Positions 1-15,045 of a stretch of DNA of 57,115 bases are shown piece after piece. The notes under the pieces are model-generated. The model was given only the letters and a program-made list of their open reading frames with translations. It was not told the origin of the DNA and ran no database searches. The first letter of the stretch is position 1. The number at the start of each line of letters is the position of its first letter. The stretch covers positions 1,023,903-1,081,017 of the forward strand of contig KV454017.1 of NCBI GenBank assembly GCA_001661245.1. Reading direction: 5' to 3'. Origin of the DNA: Pachysolen tannophilus NRRL Y-2460 (taxonomy: Eukaryota). The position numbers were made by a program, and so were the translations under genes.

Positions 1-3666
<3,666 letters not shown>

Positions 3667-3948
3667 ATAGACTTGCTCCATATACTTGTTTATAGAAAAA
3701 AAACTGAAAATTTATATACTTATCTTAACTATAGATTCAATAAATTAACAAAATTGTTGTGATTTTACGTGTATTTTCATCTCTTTCGGTGTTAATCGAA
3801 ATTTTCGCTGGTGTTTACCAAGAGTTCCGGAAAATACGAAAACATCGATTTCGGAAGTATTAAAGTATAAATAATTTAGATGATTGAACTGTCTTCTCCT
3901 AGTTTGTTATATTGGTGAATATATCAGTAGGATTGAAGCAAGGTCAAG

Positions 3949-6854
3949 ATGGGTGCTCCTATGAAGGGTGAGTTTTAATTTTTTTTTTTTTTTACTTTTT
4001 AAGCAAAATTCTCTAAAGTTTTAGTGTATTAACAAAGTTGATTTTATATTCAAATTTAGGGTTGGTACAATTTATATCGGATATACGTAATTCCAAAGCA
4101 CAAGAAGAAGAAGATAAAAGAGTTCAAGCGGAATTGGTTAATATTCAAAGGCAATTTGCTGATCAGCAGCATTTATCAGGGTACCAGAGAAAAAAATATG
4201 TTTGTAAATTATTATATATCTATATGTTAGGTCATACGATCAATTTTGGGTTTATGGAAGCAATAACTTTACTTTCTTCAAAAATTTATAGTGAAAAGCA
4301 AATAGGATATATGGCTGTTTCTTTATTTTTAAGTGGGAATAATGATTTATTACCATTGGTTGTGAATTCTTTGAAAAATGATTTAAACGATGAAAACCCA
4401 GATTATAATTGTTTGGCTTTGCAGTGCATAGCAACATTGGGAAACGAAACATGGGCAGAAATTTTAACAGAAGATGTTTTTCAAATTTTAAGATCACCAA
4501 CAACTGAAACTTTACCACGTAAGAAAGCATCTTTGGCACTTTTAAAATTACTTCAAATTTCACCACATATTATTACTGAAAAGCATCCTTCTTGGATTCC
4601 ACGTATTATCGCTTGTATTGATGATAAAGATTTAGGTTTTGTCACTTCAATAACTTCATTAGTTCAATTCATTGCAAAAGTATCACCAGAATCTTGTCGT
4701 CTCTCAATACCTACTGCAACAAGAAGATTGTCAAAGTTGATTATAGATGAAAATTGTGAATCTGATTATTTTTATTATGACGTTCCAGCTCCTTGGTTAA
4801 CAGTTAAATTATTATCATTAATAGAATATTTGGTTCCAGATGCTTCAACTGCGGATATTGATAATATAACTTTGTCAAATTTAAAAGAAATAATTAATAC
4901 AGTAATTGAAAAATCAGTCACAAAAAAAAATTCTCAATATTCTAACTCACAGCAATATAAGAATGCTCAATCAGCAATATTATTTAGTGTCATAGCATTG
5001 GGTGCACATTTAGATGCCTCCACAGATGCAAGTATGAATGCTATCAGGGCTTTAGGATACTTATTAGATTCACCGGAGACAAATACTAGATATTTAGCAT
5101 TGGACGCATTGATTAAAGTAGCTGCGAGAGGCGGAAACCCTGCTATTAAATGTGCTTATGATCATTTAAAGAAAATATTAGATTCACTCAAAGATAAAGA
5201 TATTTCTATTCGTCGTAAAGCAATTGATTTATTATACACATTGTGTGATTCTTCTTCTGTGGAGAATATATGTAACGAGTTATTGAAATACATAGAGGTT
5301 GCAGATTATCAAATGAGATCGGATGTGGCCGTAAAAGCTGCAGTTTTAGCTGAGAAATATGCCACAGATGCTACATGGTATGTTTCAACTATTTTGAAAT
5401 TAATATCATTAGCAGGAAACCATATGACTGATGAAGTCTGGGAGAGAATAATTCAGATTGCTGTGAACAACGAAAGCTTACAGCCTACGACATGTAGAGC
5501 AGTTGTTAGACATTTGAGAAACAATTTGTTCCCGGAATCAATGATGAAAGTATCTAGTTTTGTTCTTGGCGAATATGGCTATAGAATTGAGGCAAGTGTT
5601 TCGCCCCAAGAACAATTTGAAATTTTATATGACAAGTACTTTTACTGTTCATTGATCACGAGAGCTATGTTATTATCTTGTTTCTTGAAATTTTTCATCA
5701 GGTATGAATTTCTTAGACCTCAAGTTATGGACTTGTTTCAATTAGAGACCAAATCATTAGATTCCGAGATTCAACAGCGCGCTATCGAGTATTTGAAATT
5801 GGTCACAATGGATGATAATTTAGTATTTGTAAAGCAAGTTGTCCAAGAATTGCCTCCTTTCCAAAACGATGTTTCACCATTGATTGCAAGATTGGGTAGT
5901 GTTAAGGATGTTACTACTGCAATGATTAAACCAATAAAGCCACCACTGCCTCCTCCACCACGGGCTAAAAGAGCATCATCTTCGGCTGTCCCACAGCTTT
6001 CACAAAGACCTTCAAGAGCATCCACGTTCTCAGGAAGTGATAACTCTTCAGTGAATCCATTTGATTCTGCTTTCATCAACGGGGATCAGAATAAGTTAAC
6101 ACCTCATTGGGAAGAAGGTTTTTATAGACTGTTGCATTTTGATCAGGGTATTTTTTTCGAAAATTCATTAATGAGAATTATCTATCGCTGTCGCACGGAT
6201 AAGAACAATTTAGTTTTCCAACTTACATATTTTAACAAATCGCCGGTAGATATAACTGCTTTGACAGTTGATGTTAAATCCAACACCTCAACATCGGAAC
6301 CTTCCTACATTTTAAGTACTTTAGAATTACCTCTGAGCGATATTAAAGTGCACGGAAAATCAACACATTCATTTGAGGCATCGTTGAGAAACATTTACGA
6401 AAGTAAGGAAGCACCGATGCTAACAGTATCGTTTATGGCTGGATCATTTGTTCAACTTTATTTGAAATTACCAATCTTGTTGATAAAAACCTTATCTCCA
6501 GCTCCTTCTTCTTCTCCACAAGATTTCTTTAAAAGATGGCAACAATTATCGCTGCTAGGAGCCGATGGAGAATCACAAAGAATTTTTAGCATTTCTCATC
6601 GTCATAGCGATGAATCTCTACTCCGTGTGGTTAACAGGTTGGGTTTCAACATTGTTGAAAATGCAGACTCAAACTCAAGGAATATAGTAGGAGCAGGTAT
6701 ATTACACACCGTTAAGGGAAACCATGGTTGCTTATTAAGGCTAGAACCTGATGAAGAAGGAAGACAATTCAGAATCACTATTAGAGCTACAGGACCCGGT
6801 ATTGCCAAAGTTTTAGCTGACACCATTATTGAATTATTCGAGTTTGGATTTTAG
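3949..6854 (+). CDS. APL3: AP-2 adaptor complex alpha subunit; join(3949..3967,4060..6854), about 937 aa
   Basis: Splicing gives MGAPMKGLVQFISDIRN, the conserved alpha-adaptin start. GYQRKKYVCKLLYIY, YSEKQIGY, a Pro-rich hinge and an ear domain follow. Intron GTGAGT...TATTAAC...TAG. Confidence 0.93.
3968..4059 (+). other. Spliceosomal intron in APL3
   Basis: GTGAGT donor, TATTAAC branch (4027-4033), TAG acceptor; removal restores frame and the conserved N-terminus. Confidence 0.9.
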
Positions 6855-7057
6855 ACATTAACCTTTTTGTCACATATAGATAGCCATCTTCTCTTGGCTT
6901 TGTTTATATAACTAAAAATGTATTTATTGTAGAATTATATGGAATATTTCAAGTAAAATCTATTAGTCGACCTAGTGAAAAGTATGGAAAAAAATAATAA
7001 TAAACCAGCCAAAAAAATATATATATAAATATATAAAACAGAAAAAAATAATATTGA

Positions 7058-7918
<861 letters not shown>

Positions 7919-8271
7919 ATTTTAACAACTTACAAAACTCATATAGTTTTACATTTTTAAAATACATAACTCCAAAACTTTTAAGTTGTTTTTTTATAAA
8001 TCTCTTATACTAGACTATCTCTTATCTCTACAATATCATGATCTAATCTATAATCAAAACACAAACTTAAGCTGTTTGAAAATATTGTGTTATCTCTTTA
8101 TACAAATTTCAATGTATCAGCAGATTTTCAGTTGCAACATACAGTTTGGGTAATGATAAAAAAAATGAAAAATATAAGTTGTAATTAAACATTCTTCATA
8201 TTAGATATCAAGTTGAAAAAAATAGACGCAATTTGCTTAAGAGTCGAGAGGAAAAAGTTTCTTTAGATAAG

Positions 8272-9978
8272 ATGGCTCCAAAGAAGAAGTCTTCGTCGAA
8301 AGCTGATGTATTTTATGGGAAAAAGGATAAGCTGGCTCCGAATAAAAGTGTACCATTAGCAAGACAAATTCATCAAGATGATGGAAGAAGTTATGATGAT
8401 TATGAAAGAGAGAAAATGGCTAAAGCATTGAGAGAAAGGGAAATGAAACGTAGCTTAGGTCCCATTAATAACCAGCAATTGGAATTCTTTAATGGTGTAG
8501 GGAATTATTTGAAAGAGAATACTACAAGTGAAAATTTTATACAAACTTTATTGGTTTTATTTATTGTTAATTTGTTTTACAGTACTTTTCATCAGACTGC
8601 TGGTATTGATATTTCCACTATAGGTTTTTGTTGGCTAGGTGCTATATCTTCATATGTTGTGAATCATATAACTCAACATAGGAAAATTAAAGTTGCTATT
8701 GAAAAAGGTGAGATCCAAGAAGATTCAATTGAAGCTAAAGTTACAGTACCACCATTTGAAAATCTTTACGTTTCAACTTTACCAATTTTAATTTGTTATT
8801 TACTAAGAAAAGATTTATTGGTGATTAATTTAGGGATGGTCTTTGCATTAATGGACTCTCCAGATATTATTAATATCTTTACATCTACTGCTGTCATGTA
8901 TAATTTTCAAGAAAAGGAAGATGGTCTTTCTTGTGTAACTGTTCCTGTATTACATTACGTGATAAGAACTATTATCGATTATTATGTTGAGAATTCTTTA
9001 AATAAACCAGAAAAGTGTCTTTTTGCAACATTGTTTGTTAATTTGGTTTTTGCAGTAAATGATGAAACTAGTGATGTTGTTTTAGTTATTTTCAAGTATT
9101 TGATTTATTGGTTTGCTGGTTTAACTATTACTGTCACTCCCTTATACTGGATCTATTCTGATAATTCAAAAAATTTTTGGTTAAGAAATTTAATTTTAAT
9201 TTGTATTTATGCAATTTTCATTGTTGGTTTTTATAATGGAGTTGTGAATTCACTTACTCCTATATTGAAAAATCATCCATTATCTTGGTTAAAAATTTTT
9301 ATTACTCAATCAAAGACGAGATTTAAAATAATGGAAATATGGATAGGTTTATTTTTCACAATTACTCCAATTTTTTTAAAATTTAGTTCATCATGGCAAA
9401 TTGATTTAAAAAGAAAAATTTGGCATTTTATATTATTTTTTACAACTTTACATCCATTGATTATAGATCCAGAATTAGTAAAATTGGCTTTTGTTGGTTT
9501 AATTGGAGTTTTCATGATAATTGAAACGTTAAGATGTACAAGGCTTCCACCTTTTGGGCCACAACTAGCTAATTTACTAAAACCATATCAAGATCATAGA
9601 GATAATCAAGGTCCAATAGTTATATCATATTTATTTTTATTATTTGGGGTAGCATTACCTATTTTTTGGAAAAATTCCGTAGCTGGGTTAATCTGCCTTG
9701 GATTAGGTGATTCAGCTGCATCTATAATTGGAAGAAGAATTGGGTCCCTTCCTTGGTTTGAAACTAAGAAGACAATGGAAGGTACTTTGGCCTTTTTAAC
9801 TTTTTCTATTATAGGTTTATATTTTTACAAATACATGGGAGGTGATGATTATAGCTTCAATTCTATATTGATGAGCTCTGTTTTCACCGCAATGTTAGAA
9901 GCTGTTAGTCATGCAAACGATAATTTATTGGCACCTGCCTATATGTTTGCGATGCTAGAAGTTACAAAAAACTCTTGA
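8272..9978 (+). CDS. SEC59: Dolichol kinase
   Basis: Multi-TM protein with RKIWHF, SYLFLLFG, GLGDSAASIIG, KKTMEGT and NDNL motifs (CTP-transferase-1 family); first ATG at 8272. Confidence 0.92.
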   Translation: MAPKKKSSSKADVFYGKKDKLAPNKSVPLARQIHQDDGRSYDDYEREKMAKALREREMKRSLGPINNQQLEFFNGVGNYLKENTTSENFIQTLLVLFIVNLFYSTFHQTAGIDISTIGFCWLGAISSYVVNHITQHRKIKVAIEKGEIQEDSIEAKVTVPPFENLYVSTLPILICYLLRKDLLVINLGMVFALMDSPDIINIFTSTAVMYNFQEKEDGLSCVTVPVLHYVIRTIIDYYVENSLNKPEKCLFATLFVNLVFAVNDETSDVVLVIFKYLIYWFAGLTITVTPLYWIYSDNSKNFWLRNLILICIYAIFIVGFYNGVVNSLTPILKNHPLSWLKIFITQSKTRFKIMEIWIGLFFTITPIFLKFSSSWQIDLKRKIWHFILFFTTLHPLIIDPELVKLAFVGLIGVFMIIETLRCTRLPPFGPQLANLLKPYQDHRDNQGPIVISYLFLLFGVALPIFWKNSVAGLICLGLGDSAASIIGRRIGSLPWFETKKTMEGTLAFLTFSIIGLYFYKYMGGDDYSFNSILMSSVFTAMLEAVSHANDNLLAPAYMFAMLEVTKNS

Positions 9979-10160
9979 TCATTGATCAATTCAACTATTT
10001 AGCGTATATCTATATATAAATATATATATATGTATTTCGTGTACATCAAATCATAATAATAAATAAAACACTTTTTATTAGTTATCAACTTGTTAGAAAA
10101 GAAGATAATCTTGTTTGATTAGAGTGAAGTAGCTCCGTCATGGTATGATTCAAAGTGAAG

Positions 10161-11113
10161 ATGGAGTTATTGCAGCTTTTTGAAGAGAAACCAATTAATT
10201 CAGTAAGTAATGTCTTTTTGAATGAATAAAGAATAGTTTTTATTGACCTTCATAATTTTTTGTAAAAAAATTTAAGTATATAATTCCTAAGAAGAATATA
10301 AATAGGACTCAATTTCCTTTATATGATAAGGAACAGGTTATCATATATCAAAGGGAATTGTCGAATACTTTAGAGATTACATTTGTATCGAAAAGGTTAC
10401 AAACAAGGTTTGTTGCAGAGTTTGTGTTTAATAATATTGTTCCTAGGTATCAATTACAAAATCCAAAAGAATCAGTTGAATTTGAAAATGACCAGATGAA
10501 GTTATTATGTAAAGACGAGGAATCAGGAGTTGTCGATTGTAACGATGAAAGTGGTGTGGTGATTGTATTTGACTGTGGATTACAATGGTGTAGCAACAAA
10601 ATAGGTAATGTTCACCGTTCCAGTGGTTTGATAACAAGATTACAATGTATGTTAGATGATAAGCTCGATGAGGAATTTAAGACAAATGAGAATAAATCTG
10701 AAATCTTATCGAAAGTGATTCTAGTAAATCCATTTGATAAAGATATAGATCAAGTGATTGATCAGAATGTTAGGATATATGATGAAAAAAAATTAGAATT
10801 GATGGATGCTTTAAGAATTACTAGAGATGAAAAGTACAATTCTAAAGAAATTTTTTTAAGAGAAATGTTAGTTATTGATGATTTGATTAAGAAATTGAAA
10901 AATATTACAATTTATCTTGATAAAGCCATAAGTGAAAATGAAAATTTCGCAAAATTTAAATTGAATTATTTAATTATTGATAATTTAAATTTTTATTATT
11001 TCCAGCTATACGAGAATAAGACTTTCCATAAGAAATCAAATGAGTTAAATGATGTTCTAGATACGTTGGGAAATTTATTATGTTGTAATGTTATTATAAC
11101 CAAAAATCAATAA
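10161..11113 (+). CDS. Putative Rad51-paralog / Shu complex subunit (Psy3-like); predicted join(10161..10202,10277..11113), about 292 aa
   Basis: C-terminal LNYLIIDNLNF...LGNLLCCNVIITK resembles the Walker-B region of Psy3 (IVIDNLSF...FLGCWIITK). The ORF has no early ATG, and an upstream exon with GTAAGT donor, TATTGAC branch and AAG acceptor joins in frame. Confidence 0.55.
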
Positions 11114-11167
11114 TGATTGGTTTCTCCCAAAATAAGTTTTTTTTCTTTCTTATAATATTTATTATTT

Positions 11168-12028
11168 TCATTTGGTTTCAGCTTCAGACAGATTCTTATT
11201 TTCTGATGGCTTTACTTCTGCATTTTCGACAACAGGAGGCTTTTCACTAGTTTTTTCATCCGCAGGTTTTGTTTCGGATTTGTCATTAGCATTATCGGTA
11301 TCTTTTCTCAAATCGCCTCTACTACCACCACTATTTCTGGAGAATTTATTATTTCTACCACGGCCTAATAATGAATGAAAAAAATAAAAGAAAAAAGGGT
11401 TAGTGTTAGTAAGTTGATCATATACTATAAGTTAAATTATTATTTTTTTAACAAAATAAATATACTTACGATTTCTAGAATCATTTTTCCTTCCATTTTT
11501 ATTTGATTGTTTTTTATAATTTGTCTTTTCATATTCTTCAAAAGTCATTTTCTCAAAATTTTGACCTTGAAATTTAATATCATTTTTTAAAAAAATTTCT
11601 ACATCTTCAACAGAGCGGAAAACAAGGAAAACAACACCATTTTTCTTGATTCTGATTTGAATAGCTCCTGTAGATCCAAACAGTTGCTGTAACTGATCTA
11701 AATCCGCATTCAATGGAATATCTTTCAATACAATGGTTCTTGAATTAAGTTCTTTTTTCAAATTTTCTAAATCATCCGTACTTGGAGCAGGTTTGATCCT
11801 ACTAATAAACCCATCTTTCACATTCAATACATCGGAATGAGACAACGCATCTTCAACCAGCTTCAAATCAAACCTCTTCATTCTCTTGAATGTCATCAAA
11901 GTATCCAAAGATAATCCACCTTTAGACTTTAAATTTTCATTCATAAACTTATCGGTGATCAAATTCTCATCGGAAAAATAAAACTCAACCTGACCAAGAA
12001 TATCCTTTTCAATATCTCCTCCAGACAT
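11168..12028 (-). CDS. LHP1: La RNA-binding protein; complement(join(11168..11364,11470..12028)), 251 aa
   Basis: La motif (QVEFYFSDENL..DKFM, TFKRMK) plus RRM. A 3' intron (GTAAGT...TACTAAC...TAG) adds an RGR/GGSRG-containing charged tail ending at TGA 11170-11168. Confidence 0.9.
11365..11469 (-). other. Spliceosomal intron in LHP1
   Basis: Minus strand GTAAGT at 11469-11464, TACTAAC at 11411-11405, TAG ending at 11365. Confidence 0.88.
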
Positions 12029-12251
12029 GACCAATACTACTCAAATACAATACTATTCAAATACAATACAACTTATATACATATATATATATATATATCT
12101 ACGTATATCAATATATATAGATCTTTCAGTAAAGGCAAAAAATTTTCCATCTATTGCTGCTACTGCTGCTGCTGCCTTTCATGGAAAAACTGGAGGTCGT
12201 GCTGGAAAATTCAAAGTGCCATTTTAGGAAATCATTTTTTTTTTCAGAGTG

Positions 12252-12286
12252 ACGCGTCTTTTGATAAATTTTAAAAGAATACGCGT
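12252..12286. promoter_or_regulatory. Two MCB (ACGCGT) cell-cycle boxes upstream of POL12
   Basis: ACGCGT at 12252-12257 and 12281-12286, 135-170 bp before a DNA replication gene; typical MBF-regulated promoter. Confidence 0.8.
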
Positions 12287-12420
12287 AAAGGAATGGAGTT
12301 CTAAGTGAAGTTAGTTTATAATATAATGTTTGAATTGATTTGAATTTTATCATTTTTTTTATTTTTTTCTTTTGGCTTTTGGTTTTTGGATTTCAAGGTA
12401 AGGAAGTGAGGAAGTGAGGG

Positions 12421-14574
12421 ATGTCGTCTGTTGAAGGCGAGATAGTGGCCAAGTTTGGTGCCAAGGCGAGGGATGATTCAAGTTTTATTTCTACTTTCCA
12501 AAAAATGATGGAAATTTTTGATTATTCAGTGGAAGATTTATTTTTGAAATGGGAATCATATATTTTTGCTAATAATTTGAATGATTTGGAGTTAACTAGT
12601 GAGAATTTGAAGAGTTTACAGAGTTATATTCAGCATAGTTTAGAGAAGAAGCTTAATGTTGGAGGTTCTGGTTCAAATGTTAATTCTTCACTAAATGTTT
12701 CTGTAAAGAAGATTAGACCAAAAGTTAATTTTTCAAGTCCAAGTATGTTTGGTCTTCCTTCTACACCAATGACAAATAGTATTAAGAAACGTAAATTGGA
12801 TTATTCAATTACTGGAACACCTTTGAGTACACTGAGTAAGCTTAGTTCGCTGAGTGCTCTGAGTTCGCTGAGTAAGCCGAATATACTGAGTACACCCGGT
12901 ATAGATTCTGGGAGTTATGAAAATCAAAATCAACATCAATATCTGCCATCATCTTCATCGCCATTGTCAAATATCACTAATAAGACAAGTATAAGTATAA
13001 TGAGTGATGGTGTTAATACGAATAATCCACCGGATACTCCATCTTTTAAAACAAAGCAACAATTACATGAAAGTGGTAAGATAATTGAGACTTTGAATCT
13101 GGATATTGAACCATCTAAAGGTTTAGATTTAGAAAATGGTGATAAATTTTTTAAAATTATTGCTAATTTTGATTCTAAAAAATTTAAATTTAAAACAATG
13201 AGACAAAAATTATTAGAAAGTGCAGATGTATTAGATGATCAAATTGATAGTTTTGCAAATATTATTCAACAACATTATCAATTTGATTCTTTTGTTTTTG
13301 GTAACCCTGCTATTGCTTCACAAAATGAGATTGTAGCTATAGGTAGAATTGTTCCAGATTCTCCTTTAATTCCACAAGATCTGATTTTAAATTCAGATTC
13401 TTTATATTTAGAAACTTCAAGATTAAACGGTATTGGTCAAAGAGTTCCTTTAAATTTGAAAAATATTGAAAATTATTCGTTCTTTTTAGGTCAAATTGTT
13501 TGTTTAAAAGGTTTAAATCCAACTGGTGAATCATTTGTTGTTAAAGAAATAATTCAATTACCATTATTAGGTGCACCAGTTACAAGTAAAAAAGAATTAA
13601 AAGAATTTAATAAATTACAACAAAATCAAAGTATAAAAATAATTGTTTGTTCAGGACCATATACTTCAAATTCAAACTTAGATTTCACATATTTGGTAGA
13701 TCTAGTGGAAAGAATAAATAATGAAATAAAACCTCATTTAGTCATAATGTTAGGTCCATTTATTGATATAACACATCCAAAGATAGCAGATGGTTCCATT
13801 GAAATCCCAAATCTATCAAAACAACCAGATACATTACAAGATATTATGAAGACTACAGTTTCACCAATATTGAAAACCATTAATAATAAGATCCAAGTTC
13901 TTATTATCCCATCATTGAAAGATGTAAATTCAAACCATTGCGCATATCCACAAGATTCTTTAGATAAAAAATTATTAGCATTACCTAAAAATTTTAAATG
14001 TTTCCCAAATCCTTGTTCTTTCCAGATTAATGAAATATTAATTGGTATTTCGAACAATGATATTTTCAAAGATTTAAAAGATGTCACAAGAGGAGATTCA
14101 GATAAACAAAATAGATTTGATAGAATTGCAAATCATATTATAGAACAGAGACGTTACTATCCTTTGTTTCCTGGATCAATGAAAACTAAAAAAGTCAATT
14201 CTATACAAAATAATATTAATAAAAATGAATATTCAACAAAAGAAGAAGAATTAATTGAGCATATAAGTGGAGCAGATCTAGACATACCATATTTAGGCCT
14301 TTCTGAATTTAGTGATGTCATTCCAGATATTTTAATAATTCCTTCAGAATTGAGATTTTTTGCAAGAGTTGTTAAAAATGTTGTTGTTATTAATCCAAGT
14401 AACTTTATGAGACAAAATAGCCCAGGAACTTATGTAGTCTTGAGCATAAGTCCACCAGATTTAGGGGAAAATGGACTAACAAAAATTGATGAAAACAAAA
14501 CTACAAACGAAGATGATCAACTTTACATTCATGATGTTTGGAAAAGAGCTAGAGTTGATATATTTAAAACATAA
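12421..14574 (+). CDS. POL12: DNA polymerase alpha-primase B subunit
   Basis: LFLKWESY N-terminal domain, GRIVPDSP, LETSR..GIGQRVPL, GPFIDITHP, QRRYYPLFPG, PDILIIPSEL, VVINP. Confidence 0.95.
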   Translation: MSSVEGEIVAKFGAKARDDSSFISTFQKMMEIFDYSVEDLFLKWESYIFANNLNDLELTSENLKSLQSYIQHSLEKKLNVGGSGSNVNSSLNVSVKKIRPKVNFSSPSMFGLPSTPMTNSIKKRKLDYSITGTPLSTLSKLSSLSALSSLSKPNILSTPGIDSGSYENQNQHQYLPSSSSPLSNITNKTSISIMSDGVNTNNPPDTPSFKTKQQLHESGKIIETLNLDIEPSKGLDLENGDKFFKIIANFDSKKFKFKTMRQKLLESADVLDDQIDSFANIIQQHYQFDSFVFGNPAIASQNEIVAIGRIVPDSPLIPQDLILNSDSLYLETSRLNGIGQRVPLNLKNIENYSFFLGQIVCLKGLNPTGESFVVKEIIQLPLLGAPVTSKKELKEFNKLQQNQSIKIIVCSGPYTSNSNLDFTYLVDLVERINNEIKPHLVIMLGPFIDITHPKIADGSIEIPNLSKQPDTLQDIMKTTVSPILKTINNKIQVLIIPSLKDVNSNHCAYPQDSLDKKLLALPKNFKCFPNPCSFQINEILIGISNNDIFKDLKDVTRGDSDKQNRFDRIANHIIEQRRYYPLFPGSMKTKKVNSIQNNINKNEYSTKEEELIEHISGADLDIPYLGLSEFSDVIPDILIIPSELRFFARVVKNVVVINPSNFMRQNSPGTYVVLSISPPDLGENGLTKIDENKTTNEDDQLYIHDVWKRARVDIFKT

Positions 14575-15045
14575 AAGTTTTTTATTTATTATTTTATTGC
14601 TAATCAGTTGGTTAATTTTTTAAGTAACACTACATGAAAGCTTTTTTCTACTATCAATTATATATTAGATAGCCAAGTTTAGAAACACTTTTCTTGTGAG
14701 TTGTCGATACGGAATCGGATTGCTGCACCCCTCAAAATAATTCGGTTTTAACGTCTGATTATTCTAATCATAGCAACATCCATTGGTCCTCCATGAATCT
14801 AGTGTCAAATAGCTTTTTAAATCTTAAGTTCAACTTATCAATACTCTTAATATCATTTTTTGTGATTTCTACTCATATTGCAAAGTTCATTTGAATAATA
14901 CAAAAATCTTTATCAAGTTTTCTTTATTTTTTAAAAAAAATCATATAAAAACAACAGTAAGTCAGATACAGTATATGTTTATATATATTACTTGTAATCA
15001 AATAATATGTAGGAAAAGAAAGAATAAATTTAATTATTGCATTTT

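Noticed and set aside
11172..11378. 68-aa plus-strand ORF
   Set aside because: Antisense shadow of LHP1 exon 2.
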